Part shown: piece after piece, positions 18,501 to 27,408 of the stretch | How the letters are laid out: each line of letters begins with the position of its first letter | Numbering within the stretch: the stretch's first letter is position 1 | Virus record (IMG/VR): IMGVR_UViG_3300014165_000013 | Coordinates: 1-29,320 of that record | Reading direction: 5' to 3' (one strand) | Source of the DNA: a virus | Lineage: Duplodnaviria > Caudoviricetes | DNA length: 29,320 nucleotides | Made by a program: the position numbers and the translations under genes | The notes under the pieces: generated by a model | The model's database searches: none | The model's input: only the letters and a program-made list of their open reading frames with translations | Told to the model about the DNA's origin: nothing

Positions 18501-19455
18501 GCTTACTCCTGAAACTGTACTCGGGCAGAACTTGCAAGCTACTGTAGCACCAATTACGTTGTATGTCAACAACGTAACGGGCAATGATGCAAACAATGGG
18601 TTGACACAACAGACCGCCACTCTTACGATTGGGGCAGCTCTCGCCTTGTTGCCGCCTGTGCTACGGCATCCTTGCGTGATCACTTTGATTTCTACCGGTG
18701 TCGCATTCAGTTTGGCTGCTCTTCCAAGTGCTTTGCAAACAATAGCATTAGGTGATGGGACGATCCGTTCGGCTGAAATGTTTGCCCTTGGAAATCTTTC
18801 AAGGGTCATACAATCTGCTGGTCGATTGGTCATTACCAGCCAAGCCGGGGCTACGTCTCCAGTTGTTATTGACGCGACAGGTTTCGCAGGTTTTGGAAGC
18901 GGCCCGACTTCGGCCTTCTACCTAGACACGACCCGAGTGATCTTCAACAACATTCAGTTCCAAGGATTTACGAATCCGACCATAACGGCTTACAACTCCG
19001 ATGTGGATTTCGTAAACTGCGTTTGGGTTAACAACGTACAAGCAGGCGCGTATGTGGGCTGTGATTCGGTCATCCTTGATGGTGGTTCGACTACTCTTCC
19101 GACAAGCGGTGTTGGTCATGTCTGTGTACAATCTAATCTGACTTCGTATGGGCATGCATTAGCTGTCGTAGCGGTGGCAACAACTACTGGGCCATTTTAC
19201 GCAGGTTCCCAGAACTCGACACTGAATTTACAAAACCACGCTGTCGGAGGCGTCAGTGAAACCAACATTACTGTCACCACGCTCGTTGCAGAGGTCTCGT
19301 TAAACTCTAGCATTTCGGTGACACAAGACTTTCAGACGGAGGGCACAGCGAATCTGACAGCGAATTCCGTATTAGCTCGAACGGTTCTTGTAGATCCGTT
19401 CTTGGGTGGTGTCACAGAAGACAGTACCTCTAACACGGTGGCTCAGCTAGGATAA
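15529..19455 (+). CDS. Large baseplate-attached/tail-fibre-like structural protein with CBM5/12-like insert and C-terminal beta-helix
   Basis: 1308 aa. N-terminal LDPTGKSLVTVVGQHDQELADADIDLIQD resembles baseplate-anchoring domains. WNAATSYALNAIVTYGDQLY...W is CBM5/12-like. LYVNNVTGNDANNGLT...TIGAAL is a beta-helix cap. Confidence 0.65.
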   Translation: MKTYPTTVSRTLDPTGKSLVTVVGQHDQELADADIDLIQDLQDLKRTSLLEFTTSGGITYAPFQFNSFTPNTFFIPAFDVLFNGEVIHVAGNLSADLNLNRVVLPPPSFWAPGTQAEDASVYVVFLEIWYQALNSVSGQGYYKDPQTGLLYFYPYGGVNPDPSNAETIPNDNTDPFLPNITTQRAQIQWRLSVQNVSLSYNFSSYLFGLDPDTTDTSAFSVPLAVQAQAGQTAPIPGTAYQFANLGPITGDSAVWRAGFPIWNAATSYALNAIVTYGDQLYYSTAANNVGNIPSVGAPWAVATIYASSLGTMDGYSYAMPVAVVFQRNSGPFNIGTNPFGSANPAITGSGLLASGISGRYDSKLADQIFVGDVIDTRSTVKLDGWNYDKIMREGFGDLAVGNTRLAISRGLSPGNKPEALGSTLPYTVAVAPSPVLGTNTISSWLPLTVGNTTLSCGFTNGFGSNAQTFSTAILVTTNQKAVGLIGQPWVQNDSFTISLPVNAGATIQEVSLTALVTNASTGQITPAALLQGQVQIIVGSTSASVTFNNVLTGTAFDPGANPISVVVVVQLTAGTAVNLTQIPLSVDGGLLSDFISGKQLPVYGVSDYVVDATLLTTEVAEMLVYNPAYSSVVFGTQVWLAIAGTDPRLAQSIVGGVPFTTLTLNRLAINGISNGLYVLQAWDQATNVYYAVSSRRMNGANTSVTVQGAVPATSTLMVSLLLQDTCQVAYNAPVKAITTIEETVLVGNYSSNFLFSMDPRVSIVSVYYNSANSTNTILLAANGCTLQGVSGDTVTPMIWVLDNLGNLNASPISSLNIADGLMTVQVVGNNLTTATFVLAMAINPNLDPNSSFVVQIEYLPYQGEGVLSRNYEFVHAEDNALVTTNGTGTAPVAGLSDVFPYNRELPLAVSMPSQLSWNDATLTNEAVSSFFDSNFVTMRVNDVEHTFLVPLHTADFIPPVNKDLRKTIQFISTGGRGFSKAIPHIGYGIGGLTPETVLGQNLQATVAPITLYVNNVTGNDANNGLTQQTATLTIGAALALLPPVLRHPCVITLISTGVAFSLAALPSALQTIALGDGTIRSAEMFALGNLSRVIQSAGRLVITSQAGATSPVVIDATGFAGFGSGPTSAFYLDTTRVIFNNIQFQGFTNPTITAYNSDVDFVNCVWVNNVQAGAYVGCDSVILDGGSTTLPTSGVGHVCVQSNLTSYGHALAVVAVATTTGPFYAGSQNSTLNLQNHAVGGVSETNITVTTLVAEVSLNSSISVTQDFQTEGTANLTANSVLARTVLVDPFLGGVTEDSTSNTVAQLG

Positions 19456-19457
19456 AC

Positions 19458-22400
19458 ATGCCTGATCAACTACAGTCCGCTCCCGCAGTAGCGGTTATTG
19501 ACCAAAACAACGTTCTTACTCTCAACTGGCTTCCATATCCGTATGCCGCTGGTGAGTCGCCATCCGATGTTCCGTTTGATGATTACACAGGCTGGGAAAT
19601 AGTAGCCCAGACTGGTGCTTTGTCGGGAGGTGTCTTTACTCCTTCAGGACTTCCGCAAACCTTTCTGAAATCGGTGGCATTGAATCCAGGCGAGACACCC
19701 ACCAGCCGCATATTCACTACAATTTTGTCAGCCGTTGATTACGGCCTGACGATGCAAGCTGAAGGCGTCTCGGGAGTCAATCCTAGTCCGTTTTGGGAAA
19801 TTAACGGAACCCAAGCGCCATACGGATTTATCTTTCCCGCTGCCATAGTTTCTTCTTATGTCACTTTCAGCAATACGACGCTGCTTCTGAACCAGCAATT
19901 GACTGTGACTTTGGGCCCAGGATATACTGAAGCAGACCAATGGCAGATTTTGTGGCCGGATGGTACTTCCACGGGCTGGATACCCCGGTCAGCCTCAGTT
20001 GTTACGAAGTCGTTTACGAATCCTGGGGCACAAGTTGTATCCATCCAAGCGCGGCGCAATTACACAGGCAGTGCGTACAATCCACCGGTGTCATTGATTC
20101 GCCAGTTGGCCGTGCAGATTTTTGTGATGGATCAGGAAGCCACCACAGTTTCCTCCTCTTCTGTTGGCTTGACAACCACGTTGGGTTTCGCTGGCACTTC
20201 CGGATTCGAGATTGTAAATGCGATTACCAGCACACCAACTCCGCAGCCTTGGGAAGTGATTGCTCGTGCTTTGGTTCGCGACACCATCACCAATGAATTG
20301 AAGATGTTGCTTGCTACTTCGCGATTCACCAGCGCCAGCTCTTTGTTGGGCACTATGGCTCTTGATGTATTTCCGATTGAAGGCCGCCCCAAGACTTTAG
20401 AGCTTCTTACGCCGGTGGAACAGGAGATTACCGGTCCCAACACCGAGACTGTGCCGGTGAAAATCCAGACAACTTCTCTTCCCAACATCATCGTAGGAAA
20501 ATCTATAACCGATGCCTTGGGAACAACGTTGGCGATGTCGGTGCAGCCGAATACGGGCATCGCGCCTTATATCTGGGCGGCTTCAGGCCTCCCGAATGGC
20601 GTGTTTATGACCAGCAATGGGATCATAAACGGTACGCCGCTGGAGATGGGAGAGTTCGAGATTGAGTTTTCGGTGCAGGATTCCAGCACGCCGTTCTCCA
20701 TTGACGAAGTCGCTCTTCCGATCTTGATTGAAACTGACATGGAGGTCATAATCCAAGGTCAGCCCGCGACGAACACCGATCTGGGCACGGCAATAGTGGG
20801 AACTCCCTTCAGCTTGCAGATGGCCGTGGGGAATATCGTTAGCAGCAGCACATTACCTGGTGGCCTCGCGCCATACACTTGGAGCACTCCGGCAGGAGCA
20901 TTGCCTGAAGGTCTTACTATCAACCCGACTACTGGTTTGATCGCGGGTGTGCCGTGTACATACAATTCTACTTTGGACTTCGTAACACCGTTCAATGTGG
21001 TCATCCAGGTCACGGATGCCATTGGTGCGAAAGCCTCCAATACGTTTACCATGACGTTGCAACCGGCTGCCCTTCAGTTTGGCCCGGTGAATCAACCCGA
21101 GATTTTTGCCTCTCAGACATTTAAACTCGTTGTGCCAGTTTTTGGCGGTCAGTCGCCGTATACACTACAAGTGCACACCGATGATGGCGCTTCATCCCCA
21201 GCAGCTACGTACAGTCTGGTTGATGGCCAAGTGGAAATTGTTCTAAACATTCCAATTGCCAGCTCAGGTGTCCACTATTTCACTCTCACGGTCGCGGATG
21301 TCAACTATCCGAGTAGCTTGCCGGTCACCCAACAGTTCAGTTATCGGGCCGATGTCCAAATTTGTTCTCTGGAGTTTGTCTCCGGATTCATTCACAAATC
21401 AACTGGCGATCCCGGCGCGTGGACTTACAGCGATTCTAGCTCTAGTGATGTAATAGATTTGACAGGTAATTTAGGGAATTTTGTATTGCTACCATTTAAC
21501 CCCTCAACCAACCCTACCGTTGATCCGGTGACGAATGGCCTCACGGTTGTTTTGAACCCGGCTGTTTCCCCGGCTACTCTAGTGGTAAACGGTCCTCCGA
21601 CGACTTTTCGCAATTCAGAATTACGAGTACCTCTCGGTCTCACATACAATTTGGTGATTGGTGCAGTGACTAGTGGACCTTTTACTGCTAGTGAGAAAGT
21701 TGTGCAAACGACATCAGGAGCTTCTGCGTACTTGGTCTCCACTGCACCGGCAGGCCAACCCCCGGTTAACAACCCTCCTATCGGCACCACTTTGTCCATC
21801 GGTCCGATTACGGGCATCCCTGACGCAACCGACATTTGGACTGGTCAGACGAGTAGCGCAGTCTTTACTCCGACAACTGCCCCAGTGATTTTTACACCAG
21901 CACCCGCTACCGTTTCACGTCCATACACTCTTATCGCGCATAATGACAGTTCGAACCCAGGCGCGGATTTTGGTTTGATGACTGCATATGTGCATCCCTA
22001 CATTACCGGAGATGCTGTGGGCTTGAACCCTCGGAAACCCTATTACAACTCTCCGGATGTGTTTCCTGACGTCATTGCACCTTGGACCGCATCGGTTCAA
22101 GTGGGTTCAGTTCTGCCCCCCGGACTTTCCTTAGATGCTAACACCGGCCTTATTTATGGCACTGTGGCAGGAACTTTCAGTGGGACAAGCATCGTAGAAT
22201 ATTCCGACAACTCAGGCATATTGCACGGCGTCGTCACTATCAATTGGGCTATTTTGTCCAGTGATTTTACGATGAACTCGTCCTTCTCCGATGGCAAGTT
22301 GGGCACAGCGTACACCACAGGCTCCCCATTAGGGACTATCGGTCCCGCGTTCAGCACTCTTTCATCGGTATCCTTGGTGGACTCAACGGACTTCCCTCTT

Positions 22401-23549
22401 CCGAGTGGCTTGTCCGTCACGTTGGACGTGTCCAACTTAAATGTTCTCGTTGTTGGAACCCCTGTTGAGGCCGGTTATTTTGATGTTTGGTTCCAGATTA
22501 CCGCTATCAGTGGTCAAGTGTGTTACGTTTACAAGAGAATCGTGGTGGATTATCCAATTGCGTTGACGATCACAACTCCTTCAACTTTGCCGAACGCGAT
22601 CGTAGCTGTTCCTTATATCCCAGCGAATGGTGGGGCGACAATGCAAGCGGTGGGTGGTACAGGAGGCCCATACACTTGGTCACTGTTCTCCGGTTCTTTG
22701 CCCGGTGGCATTGTGTTAAACAATGCCGAAGGCCCAGGAACGTTTTCTGGTTTTGCTTCGTCTGCAACCGTGTCACCGGCTGTTGTTGTGATTCAAGTAA
22801 CCGATGGGATCAGTACGGTCCAAGGTACCTTCTATCTTTCTGTGCAAGTGCCTGGTTTGGTGGTTTCACCGTTGACGCCGATGGTGGTTACTTCTGGACG
22901 TCCGTTTAGTGCAATTCTTACAGCATCGGGAGATCCTCTCAATACTCCGTACACTTGGTCTATCTCCCCACTTTCTTCATACCAGTTGCCCACGGGGCTG
23001 ACGTTAGCTGCGAATGTCAATCCTCTCACGGCTACGGTTTCCGGAACGACATCGGCTACGGGGTTTAATGAAACCATCATATTCCGCGTCACGGATAGCA
23101 TAGGAGCTTACTACGATGCTTCGATTGTTGTTCAAGTGATAGCAGGATTGGTGCTGCACGCTGGCCCTGATTACGCAGACAGCCTCAGTTTAGGAATCTT
23201 GGGTTATGTGGACCAAGGAAATACCGATTCTATTGTGACCTTCAACAACCAACCGTTCCGCGTGATAGCTACGGGCGTGATTAGCACTACTCCAGCGACC
23301 ATATCGATCACGACGAGCAATCCAAATATCACTGCGGATGTTGACATTTTGGATACGGTCCACGGCATAGCGTATATCCATCTGCACGGGCCTTTTAGTT
23401 CAGGGGCATCGGGTTCCAATCCCCTCACAGTGACGGTAGTGGATTCTGGTGTAGGAGTTACTCAAACCTTCACATGGTGGGTGTACAATGATGGCGTGTT
23501 CCGCATCGCACCTTCAACGGGTTCTCTCCCACTACAGGAAGTGTCATAA
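19458..23549 (+). CDS. Virion surface protein with multiple putative Ig (He_PIG-like) repeats and a PKD-like domain
   Basis: 1363 aa, about 7 units such as TTSLPN..VG...GxxPYTWS...LPxGL.I...G.I.GTP...F.V.V.D. WPDGTST...TKSFTNPG is PKD-like. Confidence 0.8.
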   Translation: MPDQLQSAPAVAVIDQNNVLTLNWLPYPYAAGESPSDVPFDDYTGWEIVAQTGALSGGVFTPSGLPQTFLKSVALNPGETPTSRIFTTILSAVDYGLTMQAEGVSGVNPSPFWEINGTQAPYGFIFPAAIVSSYVTFSNTTLLLNQQLTVTLGPGYTEADQWQILWPDGTSTGWIPRSASVVTKSFTNPGAQVVSIQARRNYTGSAYNPPVSLIRQLAVQIFVMDQEATTVSSSSVGLTTTLGFAGTSGFEIVNAITSTPTPQPWEVIARALVRDTITNELKMLLATSRFTSASSLLGTMALDVFPIEGRPKTLELLTPVEQEITGPNTETVPVKIQTTSLPNIIVGKSITDALGTTLAMSVQPNTGIAPYIWAASGLPNGVFMTSNGIINGTPLEMGEFEIEFSVQDSSTPFSIDEVALPILIETDMEVIIQGQPATNTDLGTAIVGTPFSLQMAVGNIVSSSTLPGGLAPYTWSTPAGALPEGLTINPTTGLIAGVPCTYNSTLDFVTPFNVVIQVTDAIGAKASNTFTMTLQPAALQFGPVNQPEIFASQTFKLVVPVFGGQSPYTLQVHTDDGASSPAATYSLVDGQVEIVLNIPIASSGVHYFTLTVADVNYPSSLPVTQQFSYRADVQICSLEFVSGFIHKSTGDPGAWTYSDSSSSDVIDLTGNLGNFVLLPFNPSTNPTVDPVTNGLTVVLNPAVSPATLVVNGPPTTFRNSELRVPLGLTYNLVIGAVTSGPFTASEKVVQTTSGASAYLVSTAPAGQPPVNNPPIGTTLSIGPITGIPDATDIWTGQTSSAVFTPTTAPVIFTPAPATVSRPYTLIAHNDSSNPGADFGLMTAYVHPYITGDAVGLNPRKPYYNSPDVFPDVIAPWTASVQVGSVLPPGLSLDANTGLIYGTVAGTFSGTSIVEYSDNSGILHGVVTINWAILSSDFTMNSSFSDGKLGTAYTTGSPLGTIGPAFSTLSSVSLVDSTDFPLPSGLSVTLDVSNLNVLVVGTPVEAGYFDVWFQITAISGQVCYVYKRIVVDYPIALTITTPSTLPNAIVAVPYIPANGGATMQAVGGTGGPYTWSLFSGSLPGGIVLNNAEGPGTFSGFASSATVSPAVVVIQVTDGISTVQGTFYLSVQVPGLVVSPLTPMVVTSGRPFSAILTASGDPLNTPYTWSISPLSSYQLPTGLTLAANVNPLTATVSGTTSATGFNETIIFRVTDSIGAYYDASIVVQVIAGLVLHAGPDYADSLSLGILGYVDQGNTDSIVTFNNQPFRVIATGVISTTPATISITTSNPNITADVDILDTVHGIAYIHLHGPFSSGASGSNPLTVTVVDSGVGVTQTFTWWVYNDGVFRIAPSTGSLPLQEVS

Positions 23550-25798
23550 TGCCCATTGAAACCGTAAATGTTGTCGTAACCGGCGCGAACCCAAGAACCA
23601 TATCGGTTAACGTCAATGTGGGTCTCGTTTCTGGATCTGGAACTGCCTCGGTTTCGTACCAAGGAGCTACAGGTGGAGAAGACACGGCTGTTGCTAGTGG
23701 TTCGTTGGCCAGCAGCCCTTACACGTCAAACGATGCTTACGTCGCATGGCAGGTAGCTAACGGTCCCATTGCGGTAGACAATCCGGCCACCATCAAGGTT
23801 TATTCGACCACGCCAGGAACGCTCGGATGGCCCTATGGGTCTTCACCTACTATCACAGGCAGCCTTTCAAGTTCCAATTCTAGTAACTCTCTGGTATTAA
23901 ACCAAGTTGACGCCAACCACCCGATAAGCGGCATAGGTTCATCCAACAAAGCGAATCCGATGACAGCGATTCAGCAGACTTCAACGGGTGCATTCGCTAG
24001 CAATTTATTTCTCACTGGAACTACCAGCAGTTTCCTTTTAGACATTACAGGTGATCTTGTTGTTTCGGTGCCTGGAATTTACACACTGTATTTCAACTAC
24101 GCCAATGCAGGCTATTGGGCTGTGTATTTTTCCAACAAAGCCACGATCATAAGTGCTACGAATTTGACTGGTGGCGCTACGGCTTTCCCCTCGGTTGGCC
24201 CCGCAACTGGATTCCCACTGGCAGCTCAACAGGCCCAGACCGGTTCCACGTTGGGACCTCCTAACTTTGTGGCAAACTCGGGAGGAGCACTCCCGACGCC
24301 CGCTTACGTCTACATCAATTTTCCAACGGCAGGCGTTTATCCGTTTGAATTTGTTTACAATCAGAGTGTGGCCATCACGGCTGGGTCGGGTGCGAACGGG
24401 TATTTCCAACTTACATATCTTTCAGGTGAAACCACTCAAACTCCAAGTGGAACGCTTGAGCTTGATGCTCCAACGGCGCTGCCCGTTACGCCTGTAACTC
24501 CGCCTGCTCCCACTCTTCCGAGTGGCAACCTGCAGTTGTCGATAACTAATGGCAGCACCCAAGTTGTGGGTGGCTTGATCCAACTGAGCATTGGGGTCAC
24601 AGGTATCGTTTATTCCACGCAAGCCTACATTCCTATCCTTGAAGGGACTGCTGGAAAACTGTATGTCTACAGTGATCCTGCGGCGAGTGTGTACAACTTC
24701 CAAATAGGTGCTACGGGCGCTTTAGAATTTAACGGACACCCAGTAGCTCCAACCGCTGCTTTAGGCACCGTGTTTGAAGTCGCAGGCAGCAATAGCAGCT
24801 GGCAGGGTCGTGTAGCTTTAGCCTACGATCCAACGCCAACAGAGGGACAAACCATCAACGGAGCGACGGGAGCTTTCGAAGTCCAGTACAATGGTTCCAC
24901 ATTTGATTCTCACGTTGACGCTTCCATTCTCACGTTCCAAGCCGCCGACATCGCTTGGTATGACTCGGCAGACAACTCTTTTGACCTGTTTACTCCGACC
25001 TTGAGTAGCGGGGGGACTATCAATCAAATTAACCTGAATTACATGGTGAATCCTACGGTTGACGCAGTAGCACCGTATGTGTCAGTGTCTCCAACATCTG
25101 TTATTGCAAACGGGAACTCTTACATCATCACCATCACTTTGCCAAAACCGATGTCCCCTGAACAACAAGGAGCATTGGGCACCGGAAACGTTGTTGAATC
25201 CCCCACCATCACTTGCACCAGTGCGTCGGTGGGCACAATTACGCCGGTTCTAGATGGTTCCGGTTGGTTAACTGGGTGGACCGTATCTATCACTCCGGTA
25301 ATATCTTCTTCAAACATCAGTGCTTCGTTAGGGTTCACTCTTGTTGGGACTCTCACGTATCTTTCGGGGGACTCTTTCATAACCGGATCTGTGACTTATG
25401 TTCCAACCCAAGCGATTCCTCTGACGTTTATTGGGGAAGGCTATACAGCCCCAACGATTGCGTCCTTCGCGGTATCCGGGCAATCGGGAACCGCTCCAAA
25501 TTATTCTATGTCGCATGCGGCAACTTTGACAATGACTGCCACGGTCACAAGTTCCCTCAACGACAACATGACGTGTGCTTTCTATCGTAAGGCAAACACC
25601 GGGACCCCTGTCAACTTAGGAAATGGAACGCTCATGAACAGCTACACCAGTGGAGGTCTATATTACAAAGTATTTCAACTCTCTAGCAGTGGTTGGACCG
25701 CTGGTGTTACGTATAGCTTAGGAGCGCAAGCTACTGACACAGTTAGCAGTTTACAGAGCAGTCTGTACTATGATTCCAGCACCTTTGCTGCAACCTAA
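23549..25798 (+). CDS. Virion surface/adhesin protein with PA14-like and Ig-like domains
   Basis: 749 aa, S/T/G-rich. FLLDITGDLVVSVPGIYTLYF...INFPTAGVYPFEFVYNQ...FQLTY resembles PA14. TAATG-coupled. Confidence 0.6.
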   Translation: MPIETVNVVVTGANPRTISVNVNVGLVSGSGTASVSYQGATGGEDTAVASGSLASSPYTSNDAYVAWQVANGPIAVDNPATIKVYSTTPGTLGWPYGSSPTITGSLSSSNSSNSLVLNQVDANHPISGIGSSNKANPMTAIQQTSTGAFASNLFLTGTTSSFLLDITGDLVVSVPGIYTLYFNYANAGYWAVYFSNKATIISATNLTGGATAFPSVGPATGFPLAAQQAQTGSTLGPPNFVANSGGALPTPAYVYINFPTAGVYPFEFVYNQSVAITAGSGANGYFQLTYLSGETTQTPSGTLELDAPTALPVTPVTPPAPTLPSGNLQLSITNGSTQVVGGLIQLSIGVTGIVYSTQAYIPILEGTAGKLYVYSDPAASVYNFQIGATGALEFNGHPVAPTAALGTVFEVAGSNSSWQGRVALAYDPTPTEGQTINGATGAFEVQYNGSTFDSHVDASILTFQAADIAWYDSADNSFDLFTPTLSSGGTINQINLNYMVNPTVDAVAPYVSVSPTSVIANGNSYIITITLPKPMSPEQQGALGTGNVVESPTITCTSASVGTITPVLDGSGWLTGWTVSITPVISSSNISASLGFTLVGTLTYLSGDSFITGSVTYVPTQAIPLTFIGEGYTAPTIASFAVSGQSGTAPNYSMSHAATLTMTATVTSSLNDNMTCAFYRKANTGTPVNLGNGTLMNSYTSGGLYYKVFQLSSSGWTAGVTYSLGAQATDTVSSLQSSLYYDSSTFAAT

Positions 25799-25809
25799 AG
25801 GAGATGTGA

Positions 25810-26553
25810 GTGAACTCATTTTCCGGTTACACATACGCGGTGCCTGGGCCTCCTTTCAATTTCCTGGGTAATTTTGCGGAAACGCAAAGGAACAATTTCT
25901 TTGCCTGGGTGAACGCCCGAACTGGAAATTTTTCTGCTATCAAATTGCACCACCAAATGCGAGCGGAACAGCTGCGCAAAACTGCTGGCATTCTTGAGAC
26001 TTTTTATTCCACGGTCAACGATCAAAAATTGACCCCCACATTCCAGAAGCCTTCGTGGCAACCCGGTCCTAACGGGCACTTCACTTATGCTCATTGGGAA
26101 GATCAATTGCCCATGACAGCTGTAGCTGATATCAAGGCGCTAATGAAGCCTCAATTTCAGCGAGATGAAGAAGGCGTATTTTTCATGAATCTCATGAGAA
26201 ATCTTATTGAGAAGCATGAGGATAGTGCCCAATACGCGACCGATGCTATGGCTCCGGCCACGGCGGTGGGAGCAACTGGTGCGACAATTTCAACCAGCGC
26301 GGCGGGCGCAACCGGTCCGAACTCGCTGAGCATAGCGGCCTTACTCGCCAACATCACTACCTATTTCGGACAAACACAGTATCTGGGCGCTCTAGTGAAG
26401 GACCAAACTGATCAGTACAAGGGTCAGCCGCGCTATCGTGTGCATCAACTTGATCCACCTACCATCTGGGAGCTGGAACAAGTCAACCATTCGCCAGCCG
26501 GATCCCCGATTATGATCAAGCAGGTTGATCCTGTACAGGACCCGATTCCATAA
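25810..26553 (+). CDS. Hypothetical virion protein, 247 aa
   Basis: SD AAGGAG at 25798-25803 before GTG. Coupled to the gp25-like gene. Confidence 0.7.
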   Translation: MNSFSGYTYAVPGPPFNFLGNFAETQRNNFFAWVNARTGNFSAIKLHHQMRAEQLRKTAGILETFYSTVNDQKLTPTFQKPSWQPGPNGHFTYAHWEDQLPMTAVADIKALMKPQFQRDEEGVFFMNLMRNLIEKHEDSAQYATDAMAPATAVGATGATISTSAAGATGPNSLSIAALLANITTYFGQTQYLGALVKDQTDQYKGQPRYRVHQLDPPTIWELEQVNHSPAGSPIMIKQVDPVQDPIP

Positions 26554-27335
26554 TGTCTTACGATTTCGACACAACGGCAGAACCTTGCGACCACGAGCAG
26601 GCATTAGAGAGGTACATAGTCAGTCCGACGGATTTTCGCACTTTACTACTAGCTTCTAATCCAGCCATCCGTATGCGTGCCCCGATCAATGGACAAAGCC
26701 TAGTTCAAATGTTCATCAGCGGGCAGTATGTAGCCCAGGACGATCCGGTTTTTGGGTACACGTTTGTGGCGGACGACAATCCGAATCTCGTTGGTTTCAC
26801 TGGATACGTCTTTTTCAAAATGGTTTTTAATCATCCGGTTCGTTTCATTACGCCTTTGATCGAAGTAACTTATCTCACCACCGTGGCGTATTGCTTAAAA
26901 TGTAGCGGTACAAGTCAATTGGATGATTTCAAACGCGCCAGCTCCGGGGCTTTTCTTATCATCGTTGACACCCGCAAATTAGTGCAGAGAAGCCTCAAGT
27001 ACATTTTGACTTCCCGTTGCCCATTCTATCCCTTGCTGGCTTGTCCACTCAGGACATACATCGGGAAGAAAATCGCGCAGGCTTCGGTTGCCGATGTTTC
27101 AAATGCGGTGATGACGGCTTTGGCTAATTTCAAAAAAGTTCAAAGCGCCCAGGCCACTGTGCAAACGCTAACCCCACTAGAGACTCTCAAGGACATCACT
27201 AATGTTTCAGCATTACCAGTGAAGGGTGATCCCACTGCGGTATCAGTTTTGGCACAGGTGTCTTCGTACGGTACGACAGCGACTGTACCAATTGGATTTA
27301 CAATAAACAGTAACACGCTTACAGCAGGGCAATAG
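26553..27335 (+). CDS. Baseplate wedge/sheath-initiator gp25-like protein with CxxC
   Basis: CLKCSG...DD...IVDTRKLVQRSLKYILTSRCPFYP...LRTYIGKK...ETLKDITNVS...DPTAVSVLAQV fits the gp25/gpW pattern. Lies upstream of Baseplate J. Confidence 0.7.
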   Translation: MSYDFDTTAEPCDHEQALERYIVSPTDFRTLLLASNPAIRMRAPINGQSLVQMFISGQYVAQDDPVFGYTFVADDNPNLVGFTGYVFFKMVFNHPVRFITPLIEVTYLTTVAYCLKCSGTSQLDDFKRASSGAFLIIVDTRKLVQRSLKYILTSRCPFYPLLACPLRTYIGKKIAQASVADVSNAVMTALANFKKVQSAQATVQTLTPLETLKDITNVSALPVKGDPTAVSVLAQVSSYGTTATVPIGFTINSNTLTAGQ

Positions 27336-27336
27336 C

Positions 27337-27408
27337 ATGAGTTGGTCTCCAGAAATTCGTAAAGATAGAGCCGTCAAAGCAGTTCAAGCTCGATGGGGGA
27401 ATGCATAA
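27337..27408 (+). CDS. 23-aa basic micro-ORF (MSWSPEIRKDRAVKAVQARWGNA)
   Basis: ATG 1 nt after the upstream stop. Its TAA overlaps the next ATG (TAATG at 27406-27410), exactly filling the gap. Confidence 0.5.
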   Translation: MSWSPEIRKDRAVKAVQARWGNA

